Part shown: positions 10,981-21,445 of the stretch, piece by piece | Layout: each line of letters opens with the position of its first letter | Position numbering within the stretch: position 1 is the stretch's first letter | From: the human T2T-CHM13v2.0 reference genome, Homo sapiens | Reading direction: 5' to 3' (one strand) | Assembly (NCBI RefSeq): GCF_009914755.1 | Contig: NC_060927.1 | DNA length: 64,000 nt | Notes under the pieces: model-generated | What the model was told of the DNA's origin: nothing | Database searches by the model: none | What the model saw: only the letters and a program-made list of their open reading frames with translations | Translations under genes and position numbers: made by a program

Positions 10981-13426
10981 CTAATTGAGTGCTAATTGAG
11001 AATTCTCAGTTAATCTTATTGGTACATCTAACTGAAGCTTTGTCTTAACCTAACATTCTATTTAAAGCCTCACTTTACCAAAATAGTAGGGGAGTTTGGA
11101 TAGACTTGGAAGGACAATGCTCAGGAAAGTGAGTAATGCCTGAAATCTCCAACATCAGTGATTAGAAGACAGGAAACAGAAAATCCGCTGTATGCTAATG
11201 GATGATTCAGAAAAGGGGACAGAAAGGAAGGAATGGTTTTCAAAGAGAATGTCTGAAGACCTTAATTTGCATATAGTTTCCAGAAAACAGGTTTGATAAA
11301 GCAAGAATAGAAGATAATGAGCTGGGACATTTTCTCCTCTCCTGCAAGTCTGTGCAACCTCATCAAGATCAAACATAACCTGGCCTGGCTAGAAGTCAAT
11401 TGGTAAAATAAATTATCAAAAATATAATTAAGTAAGCAGAGAGGCCTGGGCAAGCTTCTTGGACTTTCTCATATCAAAGCTGTAAAAATGGAGCTTTTTG
11501 GGGTCATTCCATCAAAATCACTAACAAAGCCTACATCTGGCTTGACTCTGAGCAAAGATCACTCCTCGGAATCAATTAGGGTAATTACAAACTAATGGTG
11601 CACAAGGGCACATCTGTGGTTAATTGAGTAACACAAGTTAATCAACCTTTCTGAGTAACAAGTATGTAGAAAATCAAAATCCCTGGTGTCCATTTGTGCT
11701 TTCTCTTAAGCCCTGCTACTTAAAATCTGGTCTGGATCTTTTATGGATATGAAAGAGAAAATGTTTGAAGGAGGAGAATGAACAAGACAGGATGATTTTT
11801 CTGGCATAAGAGGCCATTAGAGGGGTCCACTTCCTATCACCACTAAACATTTTCTGTCTCAGAAGACTGTCTTTGTGCTCTAGTAAGACAGCAAAACAAA
11901 ATTAATCAATCAAAAGCAGCTAATCTAGAAAGTATATTGGTCAGTAAGCTAAATATGAGTTTTGATCCAAAACCCTAGCTCTTGGAAGTTTTTACAAGTA
12001 TGCTAATTTATTATCACTCCCCTGCTGAAGATACATTCTAAAAACTAAGTTTAAAAAATAATACTTAAACGTTAACTTAGGTGAGCACTCCCTTTTGTTT
12101 CCAGGATATTTCAGGAGGCATGGTCCATAGAGTTCTTGCTAATGTAAGAGAGCAGAAAATGCAACTCATGATGGAATCCAGCCATCTCCAAACATGACAT
12201 TTCAGAGTCACTCTCCAATGTGTCTGATTTCCTTGAGGACAGCTTTGTTACAGAAATAATAGCCAAAAACTATTTCTACTGGCCATGGGGGAGGGAAGCT
12301 AAGAGCTAATTACGAGTTTGGGTTAAACCATCAAAGTGTATAGATTTTTACCCAGCAACACAATTTCTAACCTAAACTACTTGGGGAGTGAGCTCCTGGT
12401 GCCTATGGAAAGTCCACCTTCTAATTGTTATTTAAAGCACTGGGCAAATAAGCCAGAACTATTTTAAAGAACCCAAACAGCTCACATCCTTCACCTGCTG
12501 GGTATGCTGCTAACAAATTGGCATTAGCACACACCTTCCTCTGAATGGAAGAGAACAAAGAAAAAGAACAAATGAGATATAAAACAGAAAACAAAAATGC
12601 CCTAGGGTTGTTCTGAACTCCGACAGCTCAGCCTAGGTGAATGGTGCTTCATCAGCACAGTGGGAAGTTCCCAAACACACAGGTCCCATGCCCTAGAAAA
12701 TGCCTCTGATGTGGCTCTCTAATCAAATTAAACAAGAATTTTAAAGAGAGGATGAAAAAAAAAAGTGGCATGTCTTTGTAGGAAGAATATTACTTGCCCT
12801 GCCCGCTCTGGAATCAGCACTCTGGCACCACATAACTGTCTGGAGTGTTCTCTTCCAGCAAAGCAGGACTGGAATTATTTACGATTTCATCGTGTCACAT
12901 AACATGAGGCTACGATGCATAATAATCCACAAAAAGACACCTCAGGTGACACAGATGGTAGCACCAATTGTTTAAGAAAAAAATCCTGATCACAAGCTTT
13001 GCATTAAAACTGCTCTGAAAAATGAAATCATCATAAGAAGAAAATAGAACTTTGATTGAATAATAATTCTAAGTAAATGTCAATTTTCCCCATATCCAGA
13101 TTCATCCTTGCCATTAAAGATGGCTTCTGAATAAAATAAGAAGGAGATCCTTTCTTGTTTCACATGAATAGAGATTAAGCACTGTATGGTCTTTTAAGAA
13201 TCAAGACTTCCTGCAGGGTATAGAAGGGGTCATATTTTAGAAAATCGGGGTACATGTATATGCAGCTTATAAACATGCCATCATACTCTTCATATATGCA
13301 CTGTTTCTAAGTGTTCAGTCTCTCAGATATGTGGGAAACAGAGGCCAACAAGCTAATACAGAAACAGGGATGAGAAGATGCTGACTTCAGCTTAAGGATA
13401 TTTTCTCATTTTTTTCATGGCCTACA

Positions 13427-13963
13427 TGTAAGGGTTAGCATACATAAAAATAACAGATACATAGAGCATTTGAACAACCTTTTCTGAAATGTTGATGGTT
13501 GCAATCTCATGCTGAGAATGTCATTTGTATAACCTTAATATTTAAGATGTCTCTGCCACTCTTTAGTTTCGTGCCCTTTATATTCAACAATACACAGATG
13601 ACAGTGAAAATATCAAATACAGCTGTCATGTTTGATACATAATAACCCTGGGTCCTTCTAAACCCTGGGTTCAGATGGATATAACCTTGCGTTCACTGCT
13701 ACAGGCTTCCTGGGCAGGTCTTATCTCTGGGTCTGGCCCTGCCCTTTGCAAACCCATCGTAGCCTCTCTGTTATTCTTTTTCTGTCTGTCTGCTTCTAGA
13801 GAGCTAAGCCAAAGTTTTCTCTTTTGTGAGTTTTTTTAGGTTTTGTTGCCTGCCGTTCCCAGTCTGCCCCCTCTCTCATACTATCCATAAGCTATTTCAG
13901 CATCTTGCTGTCTTCCCTCCCTCGTGCGTGACTTGCCTTGTGAAGCTCACTTACAGCTCTACA
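13427..13963 (-). mobile_element. Putative 3' LTR of an ancient Gypsy element (MamGypLTR/LTR81-like class, unresolved)
   Basis: Minus strand starts TGTAGAG right after a PPT-like CTTGTGTGGAGAA (13976-13964) and ends CCTTACA; lies directly downstream of the pol remnants. Confidence 0.5.
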
Positions 13964-15760
13964 TTCTCCACACAAGTTGACAGTCTGAGCTGTAGGGTTT
14001 CATTTTTAGTGAGCGTTGTGGTACTTGATGTCCCTTTGATGTAAATAGAGCCCTGAAGTTTCTGGGGGAAAAATGGAGCCTTGTGAGTAATGGTAGAAGG
14101 CTTAAAGGAGATTAATGAACTAGTCCCACCCAGGAATTCTTCCCCAAATGTACCCAGAGTGAAAAGTTGGCATCCATGACCTGTTCAATTGATTCATTTT
14201 TCACCACGTTGAAGGGCAGTCTTGGAAAGGGGAATAATGCTTAATAACCCCAATGGATTTCCAAGCTATTTTTGTACCCCCAAGCACAGCCAGGGCCTCT
14301 TTTCTCACCTATTGCCATCAATAATTATTTGTCAGAAAGCTTACAAGGCAGCAGAATGTCCCATGTACAGACAGCTTTCATTTCTGCATCTCAAAATAAT
14401 ATCTTTAGTATTGTGAGTGGTCATCATGGTGTAAGGTGGGACTGTTATTTCAGTCTTCTTCCACATGAAGACTCTCTCCTATATGTCTCTGGTGTGTATG
14501 GCTGGCTCCATACTCCCACTGAGTTATCATGTATGAAAATGGTTCCCGAGAGCTTTAAAGATATCCATAATTTTTTTAGCTGAAAGGGCTTTCCCCAGAG
14601 GCTAAATTTATAATCTAATAACATCATTTTTCATCTCCCTAAACAGGCTTTCAGAAAAAGATGTTTCTGAAGCCAAATCTGCAAGTTATGCATACTTCCA
14701 CACCATTAGTAAAGGAGAATGGCTCTAACACAACTCCTGAGTTGTCATCTACAAGGCCATGTCCTCATGTACTAGCTTTGACTCATAATGAATTATACTC
14801 ACATCCATATCTATTTAGTAGCACCACAATTCTGGCTTGCTAATAACTGGAAATATGTCAATGCAGAGTTCTGAGAGATCTATACAGACTATTCATATTA
14901 TTCCTTGCATTTCTCTCCTATCAAGCGGATAGTGTTTTTACAGCAGGGAAAAACAACAAATGACTCTGGAACAGTAATTTAGCAGTGCTCAGTTACTGAC
15001 TGAAAGCAGCTCATTCAGGGATTGTGCCAGTGCTGAAGAGAGATGAGAACTCCTGATGACTGCTGCAGTCAGCATTTTGACTCTTCTTTACAGATGGTGA
15101 TGATGGTCTTCCTACATCCTGAGGCACATCGCCGATGCTTTATGGGAAGAATTCTTCCAGATGTCTATGAAATGATTTTCTTATTTAGGAATCCTTGGCA
15201 AGGATGTGGTAAAGTCCAAGGGCTTCACTGTGTTTTACTTTGCCTGCCTTGTCAAATTCCGTCAAAGTTGAATATTATCATGCTTTGCAACTTCTTGAGT
15301 ATTCTGTATCATAGAGAGCCTCATGCATAATGGTAGAAGACTTTAAGGAGATTGATAAATTATTACTACAAAAATATTCCTTCTCCAAAGGCCCTCATGG
15401 TGAAGGGGCAGAATGCTTGCTCTTTCCATAACTTGATTTATAAGAGACTGCACAGTACCAATTAATGGCAACCCAAAAGATGTAAGTGAACGCATGTAAA
15501 AGCCAGAAATCACAAAAATGCAGTAGGTTCTAAGGTTAGTCTAAGGTTCCTTAACCCTTGAGGGTCTGTCAGGACTGATCTACCTGTAAGGAATTGCTCT
15601 CTGGATAACTTTGAGAGGAAGTGAACTTGGGCAAGGCAATTTCGGAGTGAGGACATTTGCTTTGCCATGAATAGGCTTCACCTTCTCAGCTCCTAAGTTT
15701 TCATATTTTGGTAGAGGATATCATGTGTGTCTATCTCTGAAAATTTCTGTCATCATTACT
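13964..15760 (-). mobile_element. Decayed Ty3/Gypsy pol (integrase-RT-RNase H order, Gmr1-like; MamGyp-type internal region)
   Basis: Hand translation across frameshifts. IN: EIFRDRHT*Y..LGAEKVKPIHGKANVL (15747-15649), LRTY..SGF..L..FG (15534-15472), IY/INLLKVFY (15360-15333). RT: HFIDI/PIKHRR/KEE-VKMLTAAVI/HWHNP (15174-15018), VCIDLSELCIDIFP (14889-14848), FGFRN (14677-14663), FQ-IMDIF, YM-(D)N (14533-14523), YMGH (14367-14356). RNase H: CKLSDK*LLMAIGEK/EALAV (14345-14285), LGNP (from 14265). Confidence 0.75.
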
Positions 15761-15984
15761 TTTATAATGTGCTGAACGATTTAGGATTCTGCCTAGTTCT
15801 GACTTTAAAAGAACCCTAATATTGAACAAAAATGATAAAACATTAATATTTTAACAATCCTTCATAGATATATAGAACCATACATTATGGTATAGATAAA
15901 CATAGCAGAACATTCACCAAGGGACAGAGTAATGGGTAAGTTTATTAAACAAGATCCTATTTGCACATAAAAACAGTAAGTAAA

Positions 15985-16232
15985 AATTCTTAAGCCTTTA
16001 TTCCATGCCAGGCATGGTTCAAAGTATTCTACATGTATTCACACATTTAATAACCATAACAAAACTTATGAGGTATAGGCTATTTTCCACATTAATAGGT
16101 AAGAAAACTGAGCCAAATTGTAGGTTAGTATTTTGATCAAGATCAAACTGTTAGTAAATGGAAAAGATGGGGTTAAAAGCCAAGCAGTCTAGCTTTGGAG
16201 CATGCTACCTGAACCATTATTTTATACTGCCT
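15985..16232 (-). mobile_element. MIR SINE
   Basis: CCATGCCAGGCATGGTTC...GAAAACTGAG...AAGATCAAACTGTTAGTAAATGG...AAGCAGTCTAGCTTTGGAGC. Confidence 0.8.
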
Positions 16233-16282
16233 GTGGTCAACATAGGCAGTATAAAATAGCAAAGCAGTATAACTGCTTTGCT
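16218..16282. repeat. Two adjacent inverted repeats (15-bp and 11-bp perfect stems)
   Basis: TATTTTATACTGCCT (16218-32) pairs with AGGCAGTATAAAATA (16244-58); AGCAAAGCAGT-ATA-ACTGCTTTGCT (16258-82). Confidence 0.9.
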
Positions 16283-16324
16283 TTAATAGAGGTATTGCTG
16301 AACTAAGTTTACCAGTGACCATGG

Positions 16325-17345
16325 GTGCTACCAGCTATATTGTGGCAATAATGCTGCTTAATAGACTACCCAAAACTTCAGTGGCATGTAAAAATTAGCA
16401 TTGGTTCTTAACATCACTGATCATCGGAGAACTACAAATCAAAACCACAATGAGATACCATCTCATGCCAGTCAGAATGGCAGTTATTAAAAAGTCAGGA
16501 AACAATAGATGCTGATGAGGCTGTGGAGAAATAGGAACGCTTTTATGATGTTGGTGGGAGTGTAAACTAGTTCAACCACTGTGGAAGACAATATGGAAAT
16601 TCCTCAAGGATCTAGAACCAGAAATACTATTTGACCCAGCAATCCCCTTACTGGGTATATACCCAAAGGAATATAAGTCATTCTACTATAAAGACACATG
16701 CACATGTATGTTTATTGCAGCACTATTTACAATAGCAAAGACATTGAACTAACCTAAATGCCCATCAATGATAGACTAGATAAAGAAAATGTTGTACATA
16801 TACACCATGGAACACTATGCAGCCATAAAAAGGAATGAGATCATGTCCTTTGCAGGGACGTGGATGAAGCTGGAAGCCATCATCCTCAGCAAACTAACAC
16901 AGGAACAGAAAACCAAACACCGCATGTTCTCGCTCATAAGTGGGAGTGAATATTGAGAACACATGGGCTCAGAGAGGGGAACATCATACACCAGGGCTTG
17001 TTGGGGGTGGGGGGGTAGGGGGAGGGAACTTAGAGGATGGGTCAATAGGTAAAAAAAAGAAAAAAAGAAAAAAATGAGCATGAGCATTTATTTATCATGC
17101 ATCAGTGAGACGTGGCTGATCTATACTAGGCTTGGCTGGCTTTGGCTGAGCTCATTCATCCTCTGCGGAGTGGTTCTGCTCCATATGCCTCACCACCATT
17201 TTTTGCTTGAATCTTGTTTGCCAACGTTCTATTGCCTAATGCAAGCCACATGGTAGAGGTCAAGAGTCAGAGTTGAAGGGCTCTATGAAAGGTATATGGC
17301 AATGAGTATGGGTACAGGAAGAAGTAAAGAATTGGGTGGTTATTT
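16325..17345 (-). mobile_element. MLT1 (G/H/I-type) LTR split by the L1PA insertion
   Basis: CAGCTATATTGTGGCAATAATGCTGC...CCCAAAACTTCAGTGGC...AGCATT resumes after the L1 as AGCATTTATTT...GGCTGATCTA. Confidence 0.65.
16403..17074 (+). mobile_element. L1PA (about PA8-13) 3' fragment: ORF2 end plus part of the 3'UTR
   Basis: AAAACCACAATGAGATACCATCTCA...GGATGAAGCTGGAAGCCATCATCCTCAGCAAACTAACACAGG...A-rich tail; TSD-like AAAATTAGCAT/AAAATGAGCAT. Confidence 0.93.
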
Positions 17346-17479
17346 CAATCGAGTTTAATTGGTTACAAGGAAAGTGAATTGGGTTGGGAGCTAAATTTTA
17401 TTCTACTCCATTCATTTTTTTTTCAGTAAACCCCCTTCAGTTTCATATATAAGCACCATCTTTACATCTTAGGGATACC

Positions 17480-17865
17480 AAGATAAAATTCAGGGTTGCT
17501 TCTTCAAAAAGACTTGCAATCTTATGGGTAAGATAAACAAGTCAACAGTTACAACACACCATAGTATTGCAGATAGCATTATGAGAGCAAAAAGCAGAGT
17601 TCCAAAAAAAGGTTGTATTTAAGCTGAGGAAAAGCGAAAGGTTTGGAATGACTCCCTCAAGACATTGTTTGTGCTGAATCCTGAAGTGTAGATGGTTTAG
17701 ATTAGAGACTGAGAATAGCAAATGTGCCTAAAACATTTATTAGATGCAGCAGGATGTCAAGAGATGAAGATATGAAAGTCAGACCATAAAGGGATGTGTA
17801 TATCACTCTAAACAGCCCAAAATATATCCTAAAGGCAATGGGAGGCTATGAAAGATTTTAAGCAA
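17480..17865 (-). mobile_element. L2 fragment
   Basis: TATCCTAAAGGCAATGGGAGGCTATGAAAGATTTTAAGCA, a typical L2 antisense motif. Confidence 0.6.
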
Positions 17866-19424
17866 ATGACCAAATTTTGTATAAAAAGTATACACAATGA
17901 CTGACAATTTTCTGATGCATACTTAAATAAGAAGGTAAGTGGTATTATACAGAGGAAAGCCTTCTTAAATATGTCTTCATTTTTATATCCCCAAAGACTC
18001 TTTCTTTTTGATGTCTCAGAGTAGCATCAACCCCTGAAGGACTGATTCACATTTAATAATCAATAACATGTGAGATATATACCAAAGGGTTGATTTACTT
18101 GTATGCACTGAGAAATATCACTTTCACACAAACCACAAATATTTGAGTCAGAAAGGTTGGTACATTGACTCTCAGTGGCCAAGTTATGTGGTCATGCAGT
18201 GATCATAATAAAAGCCTGTTTTATTAATTTACTGTGAAATATTATGGGACAAGAACCACGAAATAGAAGGGAGGCAGACTTGGGAATCTGATTTCTTGAT
18301 GAGCGTGAAATCAAAATAATGACAAGTAGATAAATTAAATGTTTAATGGTAACAGGCAAGGATATCCGAGGTTTTCATCTCACTATAGAGTTGGTCTTTT
18401 CATTCAGATTAGAAAAACTTGAGAATTCCTGGCTCCAAATCCAAGATCTAGCCTTGCCAGTGGGACATAAATAACTTGATGTCCAATGACAAGGGTACCC
18501 TCTCCATTTCATGATCATTACCATTTCCTCAAATACATGGCCCCTTTGACTTTAGTTCCATGGCTGACTGATGCCCCTTCTGTGCGGCACCCTTTATCTT
18601 TAAATATGTTAATACTTCTACCAGAAGTCATTTGGCCTACCCTAAGTCTACTGATCTATAATCTAATATTGATTTTATCATTTATTTCCAAGACAGACAA
18701 TTATTTCCTTCATTGTAAAATTCCTAGTGGGCTCCTTATCGTAGTCCCTTAAAATTTAAAAACACGGACACTAGAATGAGCTGTCTACAACTATTATATA
18801 AACATACACATGCAGTCAAGTGAAAAAAAAAGAAAACAGACATTTTTGGTTATTTAATGATGGTACTCCTCCAGTGAGTTTTGACCTGCAATAAAAGCAC
18901 ATATTTTCTCTAAGTTTTTTAGACCAATATATCCATGAAAACATGCCTTTAATACTTATGAAATTTTAACTTCAAGTCTTTCTAATTATAAAGGGCAACA
19001 GATCCTTTCAGTTAATCTTTGAAACAGAAAAATAAAGAATTTGTTTTTTCTCTGATTTCCCATTGTTTTTTCTTGTGTTCTTTATACCATAATCAAAATA
19101 TTTGAGTGAAATAGAATGTTTTGTTTATGGGTGACTGTCTTTTGTTAATGTTGAGAAACCCTTCTGACACCTAAATAATACTTTGATTACAGTATTCCTG
19201 TTTTCTGGTAACAAATTAAGAAACGGAAATCATTACTCTCCAAATTACACACTGATATTGGGTGTATATGGCTTTAACTATGTTGAGGCAACATAGCAAT
19301 TAAAATTAGGTATTGCATGCACCCACGATATATGAGTTAGGCAGAAAGTCAGAAAAAGTTAACACCCGTGTAGAAATATTGCTACTTTGGTTTCATTTCT
19401 GTTTTTTGTTGTGTTTTACATCTG

Positions 19425-19960
19425 AGTTAGGGATTGAAAGATGCAAGATTACTGTTTTTAACAGAATGCTTTTTTTTACAAGTAGTAGAAACAACTCAAA
19501 CAAGCTTAATTAATATAGATAATTTATTGCTTTTGAGATTGAGAAGAATTTCAGGTAGTGCTTTAATCACAGATCAAAAGAAATTCTCAGGACGTGTCTT
19601 TATTCTTTTTGCATTTCTCAACTTCTCTTCTTGGGTGTTTGCTTCATTTCTTGGAGGCTTCTCTCTCTTCATTCAAGATGAATGGCAGTGGCTCCCCCAA
19701 ATCACACTTCTGCATTGCCATGAAGCAAAAGCAAAGAAGGACATTTCTAGCACAGTCTCCAACTACATGCTCTGAGATTCACTCTGATCAAACCAGCTAA
19801 ACAACAGGCCATCTGGGAACAAATATGGCTAGGGAGCCCACGTGCCATGACTGTTCCTAGCAAACATGTTCAGTTTCCTGTAGCACACGGTTGTCATGGG
19901 AGCAGGAAGGAGATGTTCATTAAAATCAGAGTAGTGTACCAAGAGAAAGGGAATAAATTT
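19425..19960 (-). mobile_element. MLT1 (J/K/L-type) LTR
   Basis: ACAAGTAGTAGAAACAACTCAAACAAGCTTAA...AATTTATTG, the antisense MaLR LTR 3' end. Confidence 0.55.
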
Positions 19961-20025
19961 AGAGGTAAATAAATGACCTTACACTCCGCTTTTAATATCA
20001 AATATATGCATTAAAAATATTTCTG

Positions 20026-21445
20026 CCCAGAAATAAATCCATGCATTTGTGGTCAGTTGATTTTCAACAAAGGTGCCAAGAACACACACAAAACATATAC
20101 AGTCTCTTCAATAAACGGCGCTGGGAAAACTGGATATGCACTTCCAGAAAAATAAAACTAGACTTCTTCTCTCACACCATATAAAAAATCAACTGAAAGT
20201 GGATTAAAGACTTAAACAGAGAACCTGAAACTATAAAACTGCTGGAAGAAAACATAGAGGAAAGTTCTATTTGTCTGAGAAATGACTTTTTATATGACTC
20301 CGAAAGCACAAACAACAAAAAGAAAAATAGATAAATGAGATTATGAAAAATAGTTTCTGCCCAGAAAAGGAAACAATCAGCAGAGTGAAAAGATAACTTA
20401 TGGAACAGGAGAAAGTATTTGCACACCATACACCTGATAAGGCATTAATACCCAAAATATATAAGAAACTCAAACAACTCAATAGAAAGAAAATAAATAA
20501 AGTGATTTAAAAATGGGCAAAGGACCAAGATAGATATTTCTCAAGAGAAGAAATATAATGGGCAAGAAATATATTTAAAAATTCTTGACATTACTTAGCA
20601 CCAGAGAAATGCAAATTAAAACCACAATGAGATATCACTTCACAACTATTTGAATGGCTGTTATAAAAAAGATGAAAGATAACAAGTGCTGTCAAGGATT
20701 GGAGTAAAGGTGACCCTTGTACACTGTTGGTGGGAATGTACATTTGTACGGTCATTATGGAAAACAGTAAGGAAGTCCCTCAAGAAATTAAAAATAGAGC
20801 TATAGTATGATCCAGCAAATCCACTACTGGGTATATATCAAAAGAAATGAAATCAGCATGTTGAAGAGATACCTGCATTTCTAGGTTTATTGCAACATTA
20901 TTTATAATCACAAAGATAAGGAATCTACCTAAGTGTCCATCAATGGATGAATGAATAAAGAAAATGTGATATATAAATATAATGGAATACTCTTCAATCT
21001 TAAAAAGAAGGAAATCTTGTCATTTTTGGCAACATGGATGATCCTGGGGATTAAGTGAAATAAACCAGGCACAGAAAAACAATTACTGAATTTCTTCACT
21101 TATGTGTGAAATTTCAAAACGTTAAACTCATAGAATGGTGGTTACCAGGGGCTGGTGTGGAGGTGTAGGGGCTTGGAAGATTTTGATCTGAGGACAATTT
21201 TGGTTAGATAGGAAGAAAAAGTTCAAGAGATCCACTGTAAAACATGGTGACTATAGTTAATAACAACATATTGCATTTCGAAAATTGTATTTTTCTATTC
21301 TCACCATTAAAAAAATGACATTTGTGATGTAATGCATATGTTAATGACTAGAGTGAGCCATTCAACAATGTATACATATTTCAAAACATCACGTTGTACA
21401 CAATAAATACATACAGTTTTTATTTGTCAATTAATAAAATATTTT
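20026..21445 (+). mobile_element. L1MA (about MA4-6) 3' fragment
   Basis: CCAGAAATAAATCC...AACAAAGGTGCCAAGAACAC ORF2 region through an L1MA 3'UTR ending TTTATTTGTCAATTAATAAA. Confidence 0.9.

Noticed and set aside
14590-14620. DYKFSLWGKPF read as the RNase H YYL.GRPF motif
   Set aside because: It lies between the RT FG..N and FQ..MD motifs; the better-ordered RNase H motifs are at 14345-14251.
14222-15330. Plus-strand ORFs of 60-103 aa (14222, 14272, 14661, 15043)
   Set aside because: They are antisense to the Gypsy pol fossil and carry no recognisable motifs of their own.
14076-15440. The two ~120-bp direct repeats interpreted as 5' and 3' LTRs
   Set aside because: There are no clear TG..CA ends, PBS or TSD; integrase-like coding continues upstream of the distal copy, and a better PPT/TG LTR start lies at 13963.
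15600-15690. IHG...AQV read as Gypsy protease
   Set aside because: The same frame fits the integrase core (D..LG..P.H..AN) better and is followed by further integrase motifs; no D(S/T)G motif was seen.
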